In this document: positions 1 through 7,211 of the stretch, piece after piece
Layout: each line of letters starts with the position of its first letter
Position numbering within the stretch: position 1 is the stretch's first letter
NCBI GenBank assembly: GCA_041686025.1
Contig: JAWLEP010000014.1
Location: 1 to 11,667 of the forward strand
Direction of reading: 5' to 3'
Length of the DNA: 11,667 nt
From: Candidatus Fermentibacteraceae bacterium
GTDB taxonomy: Bacteria; Fermentibacterota; Fermentibacteria; Fermentibacterales; JCC-6
Program-made: the position numbers and the translations under genes
Notes under the pieces: model-generated
Databases searched by the model: none
The model's input: only the letters and a program-made list of their open reading frames with translations
Told to the model about the DNA's origin: nothing

Positions 1-696
1 GGCCGCGGCGAGCTGGGCGTGACCTATCTCGGTGACGGTGGAATAAGCGGCAACGCCAAGTTCCTGGCGATGGGGGAGACCATCACCAGGCCGGGGATCG
101 CCATCGGTGCCGAGAACCTGATAGGCGAGCCGGACTACGAGTTCTGGGCCGACGACTCCGGGGAGCTGTACCAGTACGGGGTGGACCAGAACTGGGCCGC
201 CTACGTGGTGGTGACGAAGAACTTCGACTACTTCACCGGGGCGCCGTTCTGCATCAACCTGGGCTACGGCCTGGGGAGGTTCCAGCAGGACACGGACGGG
301 TCGGGCGACGCCTTCACCTCTCCGGTGCCGGGGCTGTTCGCGGCGCTGGAGTTCCATACGGGCAGAAACGGCAGGATCGCCCTGGAGTGGGACGGCCGGG
401 ACGCCAACTTCGGGGGCAGCTACGCCGTGAACAAATGGCTCACGCTTCAGGGGGCGGTGGCGGAGTTCGAGCAGTTCATCCGCTCCGGCGACGACGTCAA
501 CCGCACCGACGTGATGCAGAACGCCAAGTTCACCGTGGGGGCGGAGCTCACCATCGGCCCGTTCATGAGCCGGACCCATCTCGAGCCCACTGAGCGGCTG
601 CGGGCCCAGCGGGACGAGGACGCCTTCCAGACCCTTGAGGAGGCCCGGGCCCGGGCGCGGGAGAAGATCCGTGAGCTGCAGGAGTCCATGGAGTAG
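1..696 (+). CDS. 5'-truncated probable outer-membrane beta-barrel protein (YjbH-like) with a C-terminal charged helical tail
   Basis: Frame is open from base 1 (GRGELGVTYLGDGG...) to TAG 694-696, with strong GC3 codon bias. Amphipathic beta-strand-like segments (AAYVVVTK, INLGYGLG, LFAALEF, RIALEWDG, ANFGGSY, FTVGAELTIG) and RPGIAIGAENL resemble YjbH-domain proteins. The family call is from recall only. Confidence 0.55.
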   Translation, partial: GRGELGVTYLGDGGISGNAKFLAMGETITRPGIAIGAENLIGEPDYEFWADDSGELYQYGVDQNWAAYVVVTKNFDYFTGAPFCINLGYGLGRFQQDTDGSGDAFTSPVPGLFAALEFHTGRNGRIALEWDGRDANFGGSYAVNKWLTLQGAVAEFEQFIRSGDDVNRTDVMQNAKFTVGAELTIGPFMSRTHLEPTERLRAQRDEDAFQTLEEARARAREKIRELQESME

Positions 697-705
697 CCTT
701 CCGGC

Positions 706-1665
706 CTACTCGGCGTAGGCCCGCTTGATCCATTCCAGCTCTTTGGTCAGACCCTCTTTCAGCGTGGTGGCGGGATTCCAGTCCAGGAAGCGGCGGGCGT
801 CGTCTGTGGCGGCCCAGGTGTCGCGGACGTCTCCGCGCTGCACGTCCTCGTGGACCACCTCCAGTTCGGTGTCCATGACCTCCCTCAGGATGCCCAGGGT
901 GTCGTTGAGGCTGACGCGGTTGCCGCCGCCGAGGTTGAACACCTCGCCCTTGGTGCGGGTCTCGGCCTTGCGGAGGCCGTCGACCAGGTCTCCCACGTAG
1001 GTGAAGTCCCGGGTCTGCTGGCCGTTGCCGAAGACGGTGATGGGCTCGCCCTTGAGGCCTGCCAGGATGAACTTGTGGAAGGCCATGTCCGGCCGCTGGC
1101 GGGGGCCGTAGACGGTGAAGAAACGCAGGGCGGTTGCCGGCAGGCGGTAGTTGCGGTGGTAGAGGCCCACCAGGTGCTCGGCCGCCAGCTTGGTCACGCC
1201 GTAGGGGGAGTAGGGCCTGGGTATGGTGGTGTCCTCCCGCATGGGCAGGCTCTCCACGTTGCCGTAGACGCTGGAGGAGGAGGCGTAGACGAAGCTCTTG
1301 AGGTTGGGGGCGGTCCTGGCCCACTCCAGCAGCCTCTGGGTGGCGGTGATGTTGTCGCGCGTGTACTGGGAGAACTCCCTGCCCCAGGACCTGCGCACCC
1401 CCGCCTGCGCGGCCAGGTGGTGGATGACGAAGGGCCGGCCGGAGGTGAGCTCCTCGGGGTCGGGGAGGGCGTTGCGGGAGAGGTCCAGCTCCAGCAGCCG
1501 GAAACTCCTGCTGTCCTCTGCGCGTTGTATGTTTGCCCGCTTGACGCGGGGGTCGTAGTAGTCGCGGAAGCAGTCTATGCCAGTTACCTCCTCGCCGCAG
1601 GCGAGCAGGGAGTCGGTGAGGGTGCTGCCTATGAAGCCGGCGCAGCCGGTGACGATGTAGAGCAA
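706..1665 (-). CDS. NAD-dependent epimerase/dehydratase (extended SDR; UDP-glucuronate/UDP-glucose 4-epimerase-like)
   Basis: Motifs present: YIVTGCAGFIG (GxxGxxG), HLAAQAGVRRS, YASSSSVYG, catalytic YGVTK, LRFFTVYGPRQRPDMA and RDFTYVGD. Start placed at TTG 1665, after GGGAGGA (1677-1671), rather than at the track start 1779. Confidence 0.95.
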   Translation of the reverse strand: MLYIVTGCAGFIGSTLTDSLLACGEEVTGIDCFRDYYDPRVKRANIQRAEDSRSFRLLELDLSRNALPDPEELTSGRPFVIHHLAAQAGVRRSWGREFSQYTRDNITATQRLLEWARTAPNLKSFVYASSSSVYGNVESLPMREDTTIPRPYSPYGVTKLAAEHLVGLYHRNYRLPATALRFFTVYGPRQRPDMAFHKFILAGLKGEPITVFGNGQQTRDFTYVGDLVDGLRKAETRTKGEVFNLGGGNRVSLNDTLGILREVMDTELEVVHEDVQRGDVRDTWAATDDARRFLDWNPATTLKEGLTKELEWIKRAYAE

Positions 1666-1827
1666 GCCGTTCCTCCCGGTTTGTGTGCTGTCTGGTGTTT
1701 GGGCAGGGTATATACTACATAATCTGACCTCCGCGTGCCAACGAGGGCCTCTACTTGCCAACGGGACATGGTTGTTCAATGTTTAGACTGGTTCGTACCG
1801 TGAGTGCGATTTTCCGGGAGGTGCGCT

Positions 1828-2424
1828 ATGCACGCGCTGATGATGGCCCTGATGGTTATGATACAGCCCGCGCCAATGGACGTGGCGACAGACGCCGGGA
1901 CCGGCGTGGTGCTGAACGAGTTCATGGCCCATCCCCTGGCCTCGGAGACCCAGGTCGAGGGTGAGTGGATAGAGCTGTACAACGTCACCGGGTGCTACAT
2001 CAACCTGTCGGGATGGAGCATCTCCAACGACCACGGCGACCAGATCAACCTCAACACCCACCTGATAGCACCGGAGGGGTTCTTCGTGCTGGGCGCCAGC
2101 GGCAACAACAGCCGCAACGGCGGCTACGACCCGGACTACGTCTACTCCGGCTTCTCCATATACGACAACGACGTGCTCACGCTGCGCAACGGCCAGGGCA
2201 ACGTGGTGGACAGGATCTCCTTCGACTCCTCCTGGCCCGTGGAGGCCGGCCGCTCCACCGAGCGGATCAATCCCGGCTGGGTGTCCAACTCTTCCTCCAG
2301 CTGGGAGTGCTCCCTCTCCACCTACGGGGACGGAGACTACGGGACCCCCGGACAGCAGAACAGCGTGTACGAGAACTCCTTCGCCCAGAACAGCTGGGCC
2401 TTCATAAAGGCGTTCACTCTGTAG
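1828..2424 (+). CDS. Secreted lamin-tail-domain (LTD) protein with a C-terminal SWAFIK motif
   Basis: GGGAGG at 1816-1821 precedes ATG 1828. Short hydrophobic N-terminus. LTD signature VVLNEFMAHP...GEWIELYN...INLSGWSI...IAPEGFFVL...VLTLRNGQGNVVDRI...GTPGQQN. Ends QNSWAFIKAFTL. Confidence 0.88.
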   Translation: MHALMMALMVMIQPAPMDVATDAGTGVVLNEFMAHPLASETQVEGEWIELYNVTGCYINLSGWSISNDHGDQINLNTHLIAPEGFFVLGASGNNSRNGGYDPDYVYSGFSIYDNDVLTLRNGQGNVVDRISFDSSWPVEAGRSTERINPGWVSNSSSSWECSLSTYGDGDYGTPGQQNSVYENSFAQNSWAFIKAFTL

Positions 2425-2445
2425 CGACGCCGAGAAAGCGACACA

Positions 2446-3618
2446 TTGCGCAACATCCTCGTCCTGGCAGCGCTCTGCGCACTGGCCACTGGCATGTCCG
2501 CCGATCCCCTGGTGGTGTTCTTCGTGGATCCCACCCACGATGACTTCTCCGGCGATGCCATGGTGATACGGACGCCCGCCGGGCGGACCTTCCTGATAGA
2601 CGGCGGTTACCTCGAGGACTGGAGCGGCGGCTACTGGAGCTGCGGCGAGGAGCGGATACTGCCGCTGCTGGACAGCCTGGAGGTGGACTACCTGCACGGC
2701 GTGGTGGCCACCCATCCCGACGCCGACCACGTGGGCGGGCTCATCGCCGTCCTGGACGCCTACCAGGGAAACGTGGGGACGGTGTGGGACTCCGGCTACC
2801 CCTACAGCGCCTCCTGGATATACGAGGAGTTCCTGCAGGAGGTAGAGCAGAGCGGGGCCGCCTACGTGACCCCCTCCCGGGGCGACACGCTGAACTGGGG
2901 CGGCGAGCTGCTGGTGCAGGTGTACAACCCCGAGGGCTTCACCGCGGGGGACAAGAACAACGCCTCCATCGTGCTGCGGGTCGCCTACGGCGACGTGGCC
3001 TTTCTGTTCACCGGCGACCTGGAGACCGAGGGCGGCGAGGACGTGATACTGGACGAGATAGCCGCCGGCAGCCTGGACAGCGTAAGGGCCTCGGTGCTGA
3101 AGGTGGGCCACCACGGCTCCCGGTACTCCACCTCCATGGACTGGCTCTCGGCGGTGGACCCGGAGTGGGCGGCCATATGCGTGGGGGCGGGCAATGACTA
3201 CGGCCATCCCCACGGGGAGCTTTTGAACAGGCTGTACGCCTTCGACCTGGACGTATACCGCACCGACATACACGGGACCTTCTACATGGCCACCGACGGT
3301 GAGGACCTCTACTACAACGACCTCCCCGAGACCGGCGGCGGCGGGGGCCCCGAGGAGGTGAGCGGCCTGCTGGTATACCCCAGCCCGGCCACCTCGCAGG
3401 TGAGCTTCCGCTGGGACAATGAGTCCCAGGGGGCGGCCACGGTGATGGTGTACAACCTCCTGGGCGAGAAGGTCTACGAGAGCACGGCGGGCTCGGGCGA
3501 GATTACATGGAACCTGGTGCTGGAGGGCGGGGGCGTGCTGTCCCCCGGCCTGTACATGGCCAGGATTGTCACGGAGAACGGCGGGACATGGAACGAGTAC
3601 TTCGCTGTAGCGCGCTGA
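2446..3618 (+). CDS. Secreted ComEC/Rec2-like metallo-beta-lactamase-fold hydrolase (putative nuclease/phosphoesterase) with a T9SS type A-like C-terminal sorting domain
   Basis: TTG start and signal peptide (MRNILVLAALCALATGMSA). Motifs FLIDGG, THPDADHVGG, NNASIVL, LFTGDLE, VLKVGHHGS, GNDYGHPH and YRTD. A poly-Gly linker is followed by LLVYPSP...VMVYNLLGEKV...W...LSPGLYMARI, the Por secretion tail pattern. Confidence 0.9.
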   Translation: MRNILVLAALCALATGMSADPLVVFFVDPTHDDFSGDAMVIRTPAGRTFLIDGGYLEDWSGGYWSCGEERILPLLDSLEVDYLHGVVATHPDADHVGGLIAVLDAYQGNVGTVWDSGYPYSASWIYEEFLQEVEQSGAAYVTPSRGDTLNWGGELLVQVYNPEGFTAGDKNNASIVLRVAYGDVAFLFTGDLETEGGEDVILDEIAAGSLDSVRASVLKVGHHGSRYSTSMDWLSAVDPEWAAICVGAGNDYGHPHGELLNRLYAFDLDVYRTDIHGTFYMATDGEDLYYNDLPETGGGGGPEEVSGLLVYPSPATSQVSFRWDNESQGAATVMVYNLLGEKVYESTAGSGEITWNLVLEGGGVLSPGLYMARIVTENGGTWNEYFAVAR

Positions 3619-4478
3619 TCTGCCTGCTGGCTCTGTCCGGCACTGCGGCGGCGGGGGAGCCGGGGACGGCCGACCTGCTGGTGCTGCAGTCGCCGGCGTT
3701 TCCCGGCAGGCTGGCCATGGGGGCGGCGGGCTTCGCCCTGGCCGGCGGGCCGGACGCGGTCTTCGGCAACCCGGCCATGCTGTCGTCGGGCTTCGCCGCA
3801 GGAGGCGGCCGCTGGAACCTGGGCACCACCTCCGCGGCTGCCGCCGGCGGGTTCGGCCTGGGCGGAGGGCTGCGCGGTGCTGCGGGGTTCCGCTACCTGG
3901 GCCGCGGGGACATGACCGGCCGCGACGAGTACGGGGCGCAGACGGGGGTGTACACCTACGGCACCGGCCTGGTGGCCGGGGGCTTCAGCGGCGACCTTGT
4001 GCCGGGGCTTTCCTGGGGGGCCTCCATGGCTGTGGCCTGGGAGAAGATCGACGCCGCGACCGGCACGGGATTCTCGGCAAACCTGGGGATGAGGGCCCGG
4101 ACGGATGCCGGCCTGGGGGCCGGCCTGGCTCTGCGCGGCCTGGGACAGGCCCCCTCCTGGGACGGGATCCGCAAGGACATGCCCATCACTCTGGACGCCG
4201 GGACCATGATCCCGGTCTCGGGGGCGGTTTCGGCCTTCGCAGGCGGACAGCTGGGCTTCAGCACCTCTTCGGCGGCGTCCGCTGGGCTGCGGGGAGGCGT
4301 GTCCGGCCTGGGCCTCTCCTGCGGCTATACACTGGGCGAGGAGGAGGAAACCTCCGGCGTGTTCGGCGGTTTGTCCTACCGTTACCGGGCGGCGGAGACC
4401 TACACCGTGGAGATAGCCACCAGCCAGCGCGACGTGCTGGACTGGCCGGTGATGGCGGGCCTTACCGTTGCCTTCTGA
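3588..4478 (+). CDS. PorV/PorQ-like (FadL-related) outer-membrane beta-barrel protein
   Basis: ATG 3588 gives a signal peptide (MERVLRCSALICLLALSGTAAA). N-terminal motif GRLAMGAAGFALAGGPDAVFGNPAML, then MTGRDEYG, Gly-rich amphipathic strands and a C-terminal Phe (GLTVAF). Overlaps the upstream gene by 31 nt. Confidence 0.78.
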   Translation: MERVLRCSALICLLALSGTAAAGEPGTADLLVLQSPAFPGRLAMGAAGFALAGGPDAVFGNPAMLSSGFAAGGGRWNLGTTSAAAAGGFGLGGGLRGAAGFRYLGRGDMTGRDEYGAQTGVYTYGTGLVAGGFSGDLVPGLSWGASMAVAWEKIDAATGTGFSANLGMRARTDAGLGAGLALRGLGQAPSWDGIRKDMPITLDAGTMIPVSGAVSAFAGGQLGFSTSSAASAGLRGGVSGLGLSCGYTLGEEEETSGVFGGLSYRYRAAETYTVEIATSQRDVLDWPVMAGLTVAF

Positions 4479-4528
4479 CTGTATTAACATTTGGGTTGAA
4501 TGCTGAAGAGAGAATCTGCGGACTTAGG

Positions 4529-4548
4529 CGCCGCGGCAGGCCGCGGCG
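4529..4548. repeat. GC-rich perfect inverted repeat directly upstream of the lipoprotein ribosome-binding region
   Basis: CGCCGCGGC-AG-GCCGCGGCG (9-bp arms), followed by GGGAAGGA and ATG 4564. No U-tract. Confidence 0.55.
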
Positions 4549-4563
4549 GGGAAGGATGACACC

Positions 4564-6198
4564 ATGAGACGACTGTTTCTCACCGCTGTGGTACTGGCCG
4601 CGGGGGCGGCGCCGATGCTGGCCGGCTGCGGCGACGACGAGAGCCCCTCCGGGCCCGGCGGCAGCCCCACGGCGTCCACGCTGACCCTGGAGGCCGGCGG
4701 GATCGACGCTTCCGTAGCCGCCACCTGGACCGAGTGCCCCGACGGCGACTTCGCGGAGTACCGCCTCTACCGCAGCACGGTTGCGGGCATAGAGGACAAC
4801 GTGGGGGACGCCACGCTGGTGGCCACCGTGGACACGGCCTCCGACACCACCTACAACGACGCGGGGCTGGACTGGTCCACCGTCTACTACTACGCCCTGC
4901 GGACGTCCGACACCGAGGGCCTGCACTCCTGGAGCAACGAGGCCAGCGCCACCACCCCCGACTCCGGCGGCTGCGGATACCTCACCTGCTACGAGATACA
5001 GGGACAGGCCTCCGGCTCCCCCTACGAGGGCCAGGAGGTCACCGTAATGGGCGTGGTGGTCGTGGGCGGCGAGGAGTACTACTCCAGCTCGGCCCCGGTT
5101 GCGGTGATCAGCGACCCCGAGGGCGGCCCCTGGCACGGACTCACGCTCTACGGGGACAGCGCGGCCAGCCTGCAGCGGGGCGACAGCATAATGGTGACCG
5201 GAGAGGTGCAGGAGTACTACGACTTCACCGAGCTGGGCTACATCACCGAAATCCAGAGACTTGGTACCGGCGCTTCACTGCCCGAACCCTACGACATCTC
5301 CACCGTCGACCTCTCTACGGCCGGAGACCCCGAGCAGTACGAGAGCGTGCTGCTGCGGATCACCGACGCCATCGTAACCACCGAGCCCGACGAGTGGGGG
5401 GTATTCGGCGTAGACGACGGCAGCGGCGAGTGCAACGTGGACGACAACGGAGATTACAGCTACACCCCCTCCCTGGGCGACACGCTCAATTACGCCATCG
5501 GCGTGGGTTGGTACGCTTTCAGCGAATGGACACTGCAGCCCCGCGACGACAGCGATATAGACGCATCCGGTGGCGGCGGTGGCGGCAGCGGCGACACCCT
5601 CACCTGCTACGAGGTGCAGGGCCAGGCAGACCAGTCGCCCTACGCGGGCGAAACCGTTTCCGTTACGGGTATAGTTACCGTCGACGGGGACTCCCTGTAC
5701 TCCTCGGGACAGGCCTACTGCGTGATGCAGGACTACAGCGGCGGTCCCTGGAGCGGTCTGGTGCTGTACGACAACGACGCAGAGTCGCTGAACCGCGGGG
5801 ACAGCGTCACCGTAACGGGCGAGGTAACCGAGTGGGAGAGCAGCGGCTCTTACCTCACCGAGCTTTCCTACATCACCGATGTGACGGTGCATGAGACCGG
5901 CCACGCGCTCCCTCCGGTGGAGCTTCTGACCACCGGTGAGCTTGCAAACTCCGCTTCCCCCGAGCAGTGGGAAGCCGTTCTGGTGGAGGTGCAGAACGTG
6001 GAGGTCACCGAGGCTCCCGGTCAGTACGGGGAGTGGAAGATCAACGACGGCACCGGCGAGTGCATTGTCGACGATCTGGGCACGTACGGCTTCGAGCCCT
6101 CCGTGGGAGATACCTTCAGCTCCATAGTGGGCATCTTCTGGGAGAGCTACGGCGACTACAAGATGGAGCCCAGGGACATGGGAGACATAACGGAATAG
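4564..6198 (+). CDS. Acidic lipoprotein: FN3-like domain plus two tandem ~200-aa modules resembling the OB-fold region of ExeM/NucH/YhcR extracellular nucleases; no catalytic nuclease domain recognised
   Basis: Lipobox LAG-C at Cys22. FN3 pattern ATW...FAEYRLYRS...YNDAGL...YYYALR...SNEASATT. Each repeat begins LTCYE(I/V)QGQ...SPY.G..V.V.G(V/I)V, contains GGPW.GL.LY, L.RGDS..VTGEV.E and PEQ.E.VL, and ends PRD..DI. Confidence 0.85.
   Translation: MRRLFLTAVVLAAGAAPMLAGCGDDESPSGPGGSPTASTLTLEAGGIDASVAATWTECPDGDFAEYRLYRSTVAGIEDNVGDATLVATVDTASDTTYNDAGLDWSTVYYYALRTSDTEGLHSWSNEASATTPDSGGCGYLTCYEIQGQASGSPYEGQEVTVMGVVVVGGEEYYSSSAPVAVISDPEGGPWHGLTLYGDSAASLQRGDSIMVTGEVQEYYDFTELGYITEIQRLGTGASLPEPYDISTVDLSTAGDPEQYESVLLRITDAIVTTEPDEWGVFGVDDGSGECNVDDNGDYSYTPSLGDTLNYAIGVGWYAFSEWTLQPRDDSDIDASGGGGGGSGDTLTCYEVQGQADQSPYAGETVSVTGIVTVDGDSLYSSGQAYCVMQDYSGGPWSGLVLYDNDAESLNRGDSVTVTGEVTEWESSGSYLTELSYITDVTVHETGHALPPVELLTTGELANSASPEQWEAVLVEVQNVEVTEAPGQYGEWKINDGTGECIVDDLGTYGFEPSVGDTFSSIVGIFWESYGDYKMEPRDMGDITE
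4981..6195 (+). repeat. Intragenic tandem domain duplication (unit starts 4981 and 5599; 618-nt period) joined by a poly-Gly linker
   Basis: CTCACCTGCTACGAG occurs at both 4981 and 5599 in the same frame. Protein motifs are collinear in both units. Linker SGGGGGGSG lies near 5566-5592. Confidence 0.92.
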
Positions 6199-6219
6199 TC
6201 TTCCGCAATCGCACTCAGT

Positions 6220-6248
6220 GGGGGCGCTCCTTCGGGGGCGCCCCCTTT
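6220..6248 (+). terminator. Probable intrinsic terminator of the LTD-MBL-PorV-lipoprotein cluster
   Basis: GGGGGCGCTCC-TTCG-GGGGCGCCCCC-TTT: 11-bp stem with one G-U pair, cUUCGg tetraloop and short U tail, 21 nt after the stop codon. Confidence 0.8.
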
Positions 6249-6566
6249 CGTGCGGGAGCCGGGTCCCGGCGCGGCTATCGGCTGCAGAGATGCTCGTTTA
6301 CGGGCAGGCAATGTACAGTAGCGCTTCTGTCTCTCTCATTGTGTCTGGAGCTGTACAACCGTTGAATCCATGTTGGGCCGATCGCCCTTCTGCAGAGGGA
6401 CGGCGCTGCGGGCAGTTGAGTTGAATGTGCTGCTCTGCATGGCGGCAGGGCCAAAAGGGGAATCCCCGCGCTTTCGTGGTGCGGACATGGCTTCTATATT
6501 CGAAGCGTCTGTGAATCCCATCATGGAGGTAGATGTGATCACTGCCCAACACATTGCCAGCAGGCC

Positions 6567-7211
6567 ATGTACGATGAGCTGAACCCCCAAAAGGCTCTTA
6601 TCTTCCGCATAGTGCACAGGGACAACGCGGGCTGGATCCTCAGCAACGGAATGCACTGCAGCACCTCGGAGCGTCTCGATCCTGACTACCGGCCGATAGG
6701 GAACCCCGAGGTCATCGTGAGACGCAGGATACGTGAGGTCCCCATTCCTCCAGGCGGAACCCTGAGTGACTACATCCCTTTCTACTTCACGCCGTTCAGC
6801 CCGATGTTCTACAACATATTCACGGGTCATGGAGGGGTGAGGAAGGTTCCCAACGAGGAAATTGTCATCTTCGTATCCAGTCTTCACAGGCTGGCAGAAT
6901 GCGGCAGACGCTTCGTGTTCACCGACAGGCACGCCTGCCTTCGTACGGCCGGGTTCTACAACGACCTCGAGCATCTGTACAGGATTCCCTGGGACAGGCT
7001 CAGAAACCGTGACTTCTCCAGAGACCCCGAAGACCCCGAAGCCTTCGACCGCTACCAGGCGGAAGCCCTGGTCCACAGGTATGCCCCCGTGGAATCACTG
7101 CTGGGGATCGTGTGTTATGATAGGGCAACGGTTGAGCGTCTGCGCGGACTTGTTCCGAACCGTGGCCGGGACTTTGTGATCTGCGCAAGAAGAGGGTGGT
7201 ACTTCCAATGA
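6567..7211 (+). CDS. darT: DarT DNA ADP-ribosyltransferase toxin (DUF4433)
   Basis: LNPQKALIFRIVHRDN, IGNPEVI..R, GGTLSDYIPFYFTPFSPM, FVFTDRHA, catalytic RYQAEAL and C-terminal GWYF. Translationally coupled (ATGA) to a macrodomain gene. Confidence 0.96.
   Translation: MYDELNPQKALIFRIVHRDNAGWILSNGMHCSTSERLDPDYRPIGNPEVIVRRRIREVPIPPGGTLSDYIPFYFTPFSPMFYNIFTGHGGVRKVPNEEIVIFVSSLHRLAECGRRFVFTDRHACLRTAGFYNDLEHLYRIPWDRLRNRDFSRDPEDPEAFDRYQAEALVHRYAPVESLLGIVCYDRATVERLRGLVPNRGRDFVICARRGWYFQ

Noticed and set aside
691..721. Short alternative hairpins at the convergent stops (GAGTAG/CTACTC; GGCCTAC/GTAGGCC)
   Set aside because: Only 6-7 bp, no U-tract, and largely explained by both genes ending GAG TAG in GC-rich DNA.
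1725..1741. Possible sigma54 promoter (TTGGCACG on the minus strand)
   Set aside because: The -12 TTGC element is absent at the required spacing.
1666..1779. N-terminal extension of the epimerase in the ORF track
   Set aside because: The Rossmann motif starts right after TTG 1665, which has a good SD. The extension spans the AT-richer divergent intergenic region.
1783..3273. 496-aa minus-strand ORF and other long alternative-frame ORFs (563-1324, 850-1722, 3474-4490, 4734-5894, 7115-8011, 8303-9361, 9091-9876)
   Set aside because: Shadow ORFs typical of high-GC DNA. They overlap genes with clear family motifs and have no recognisable motifs themselves.
6457..6482. GGGGAATCCCCGCGC resembling part of a type I-E CRISPR repeat
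   Set aside because: Single occurrence, no repeat-spacer periodicity, no cas genes.
6250..6566. Small ORFs (6218-6424, 6298-6552, 6370-6582) or an ncRNA/attC site upstream of darT
   Set aside because: No recognisable motifs, atypical codon usage, and no convincing RNA structure or attC box pairing seen by eye.
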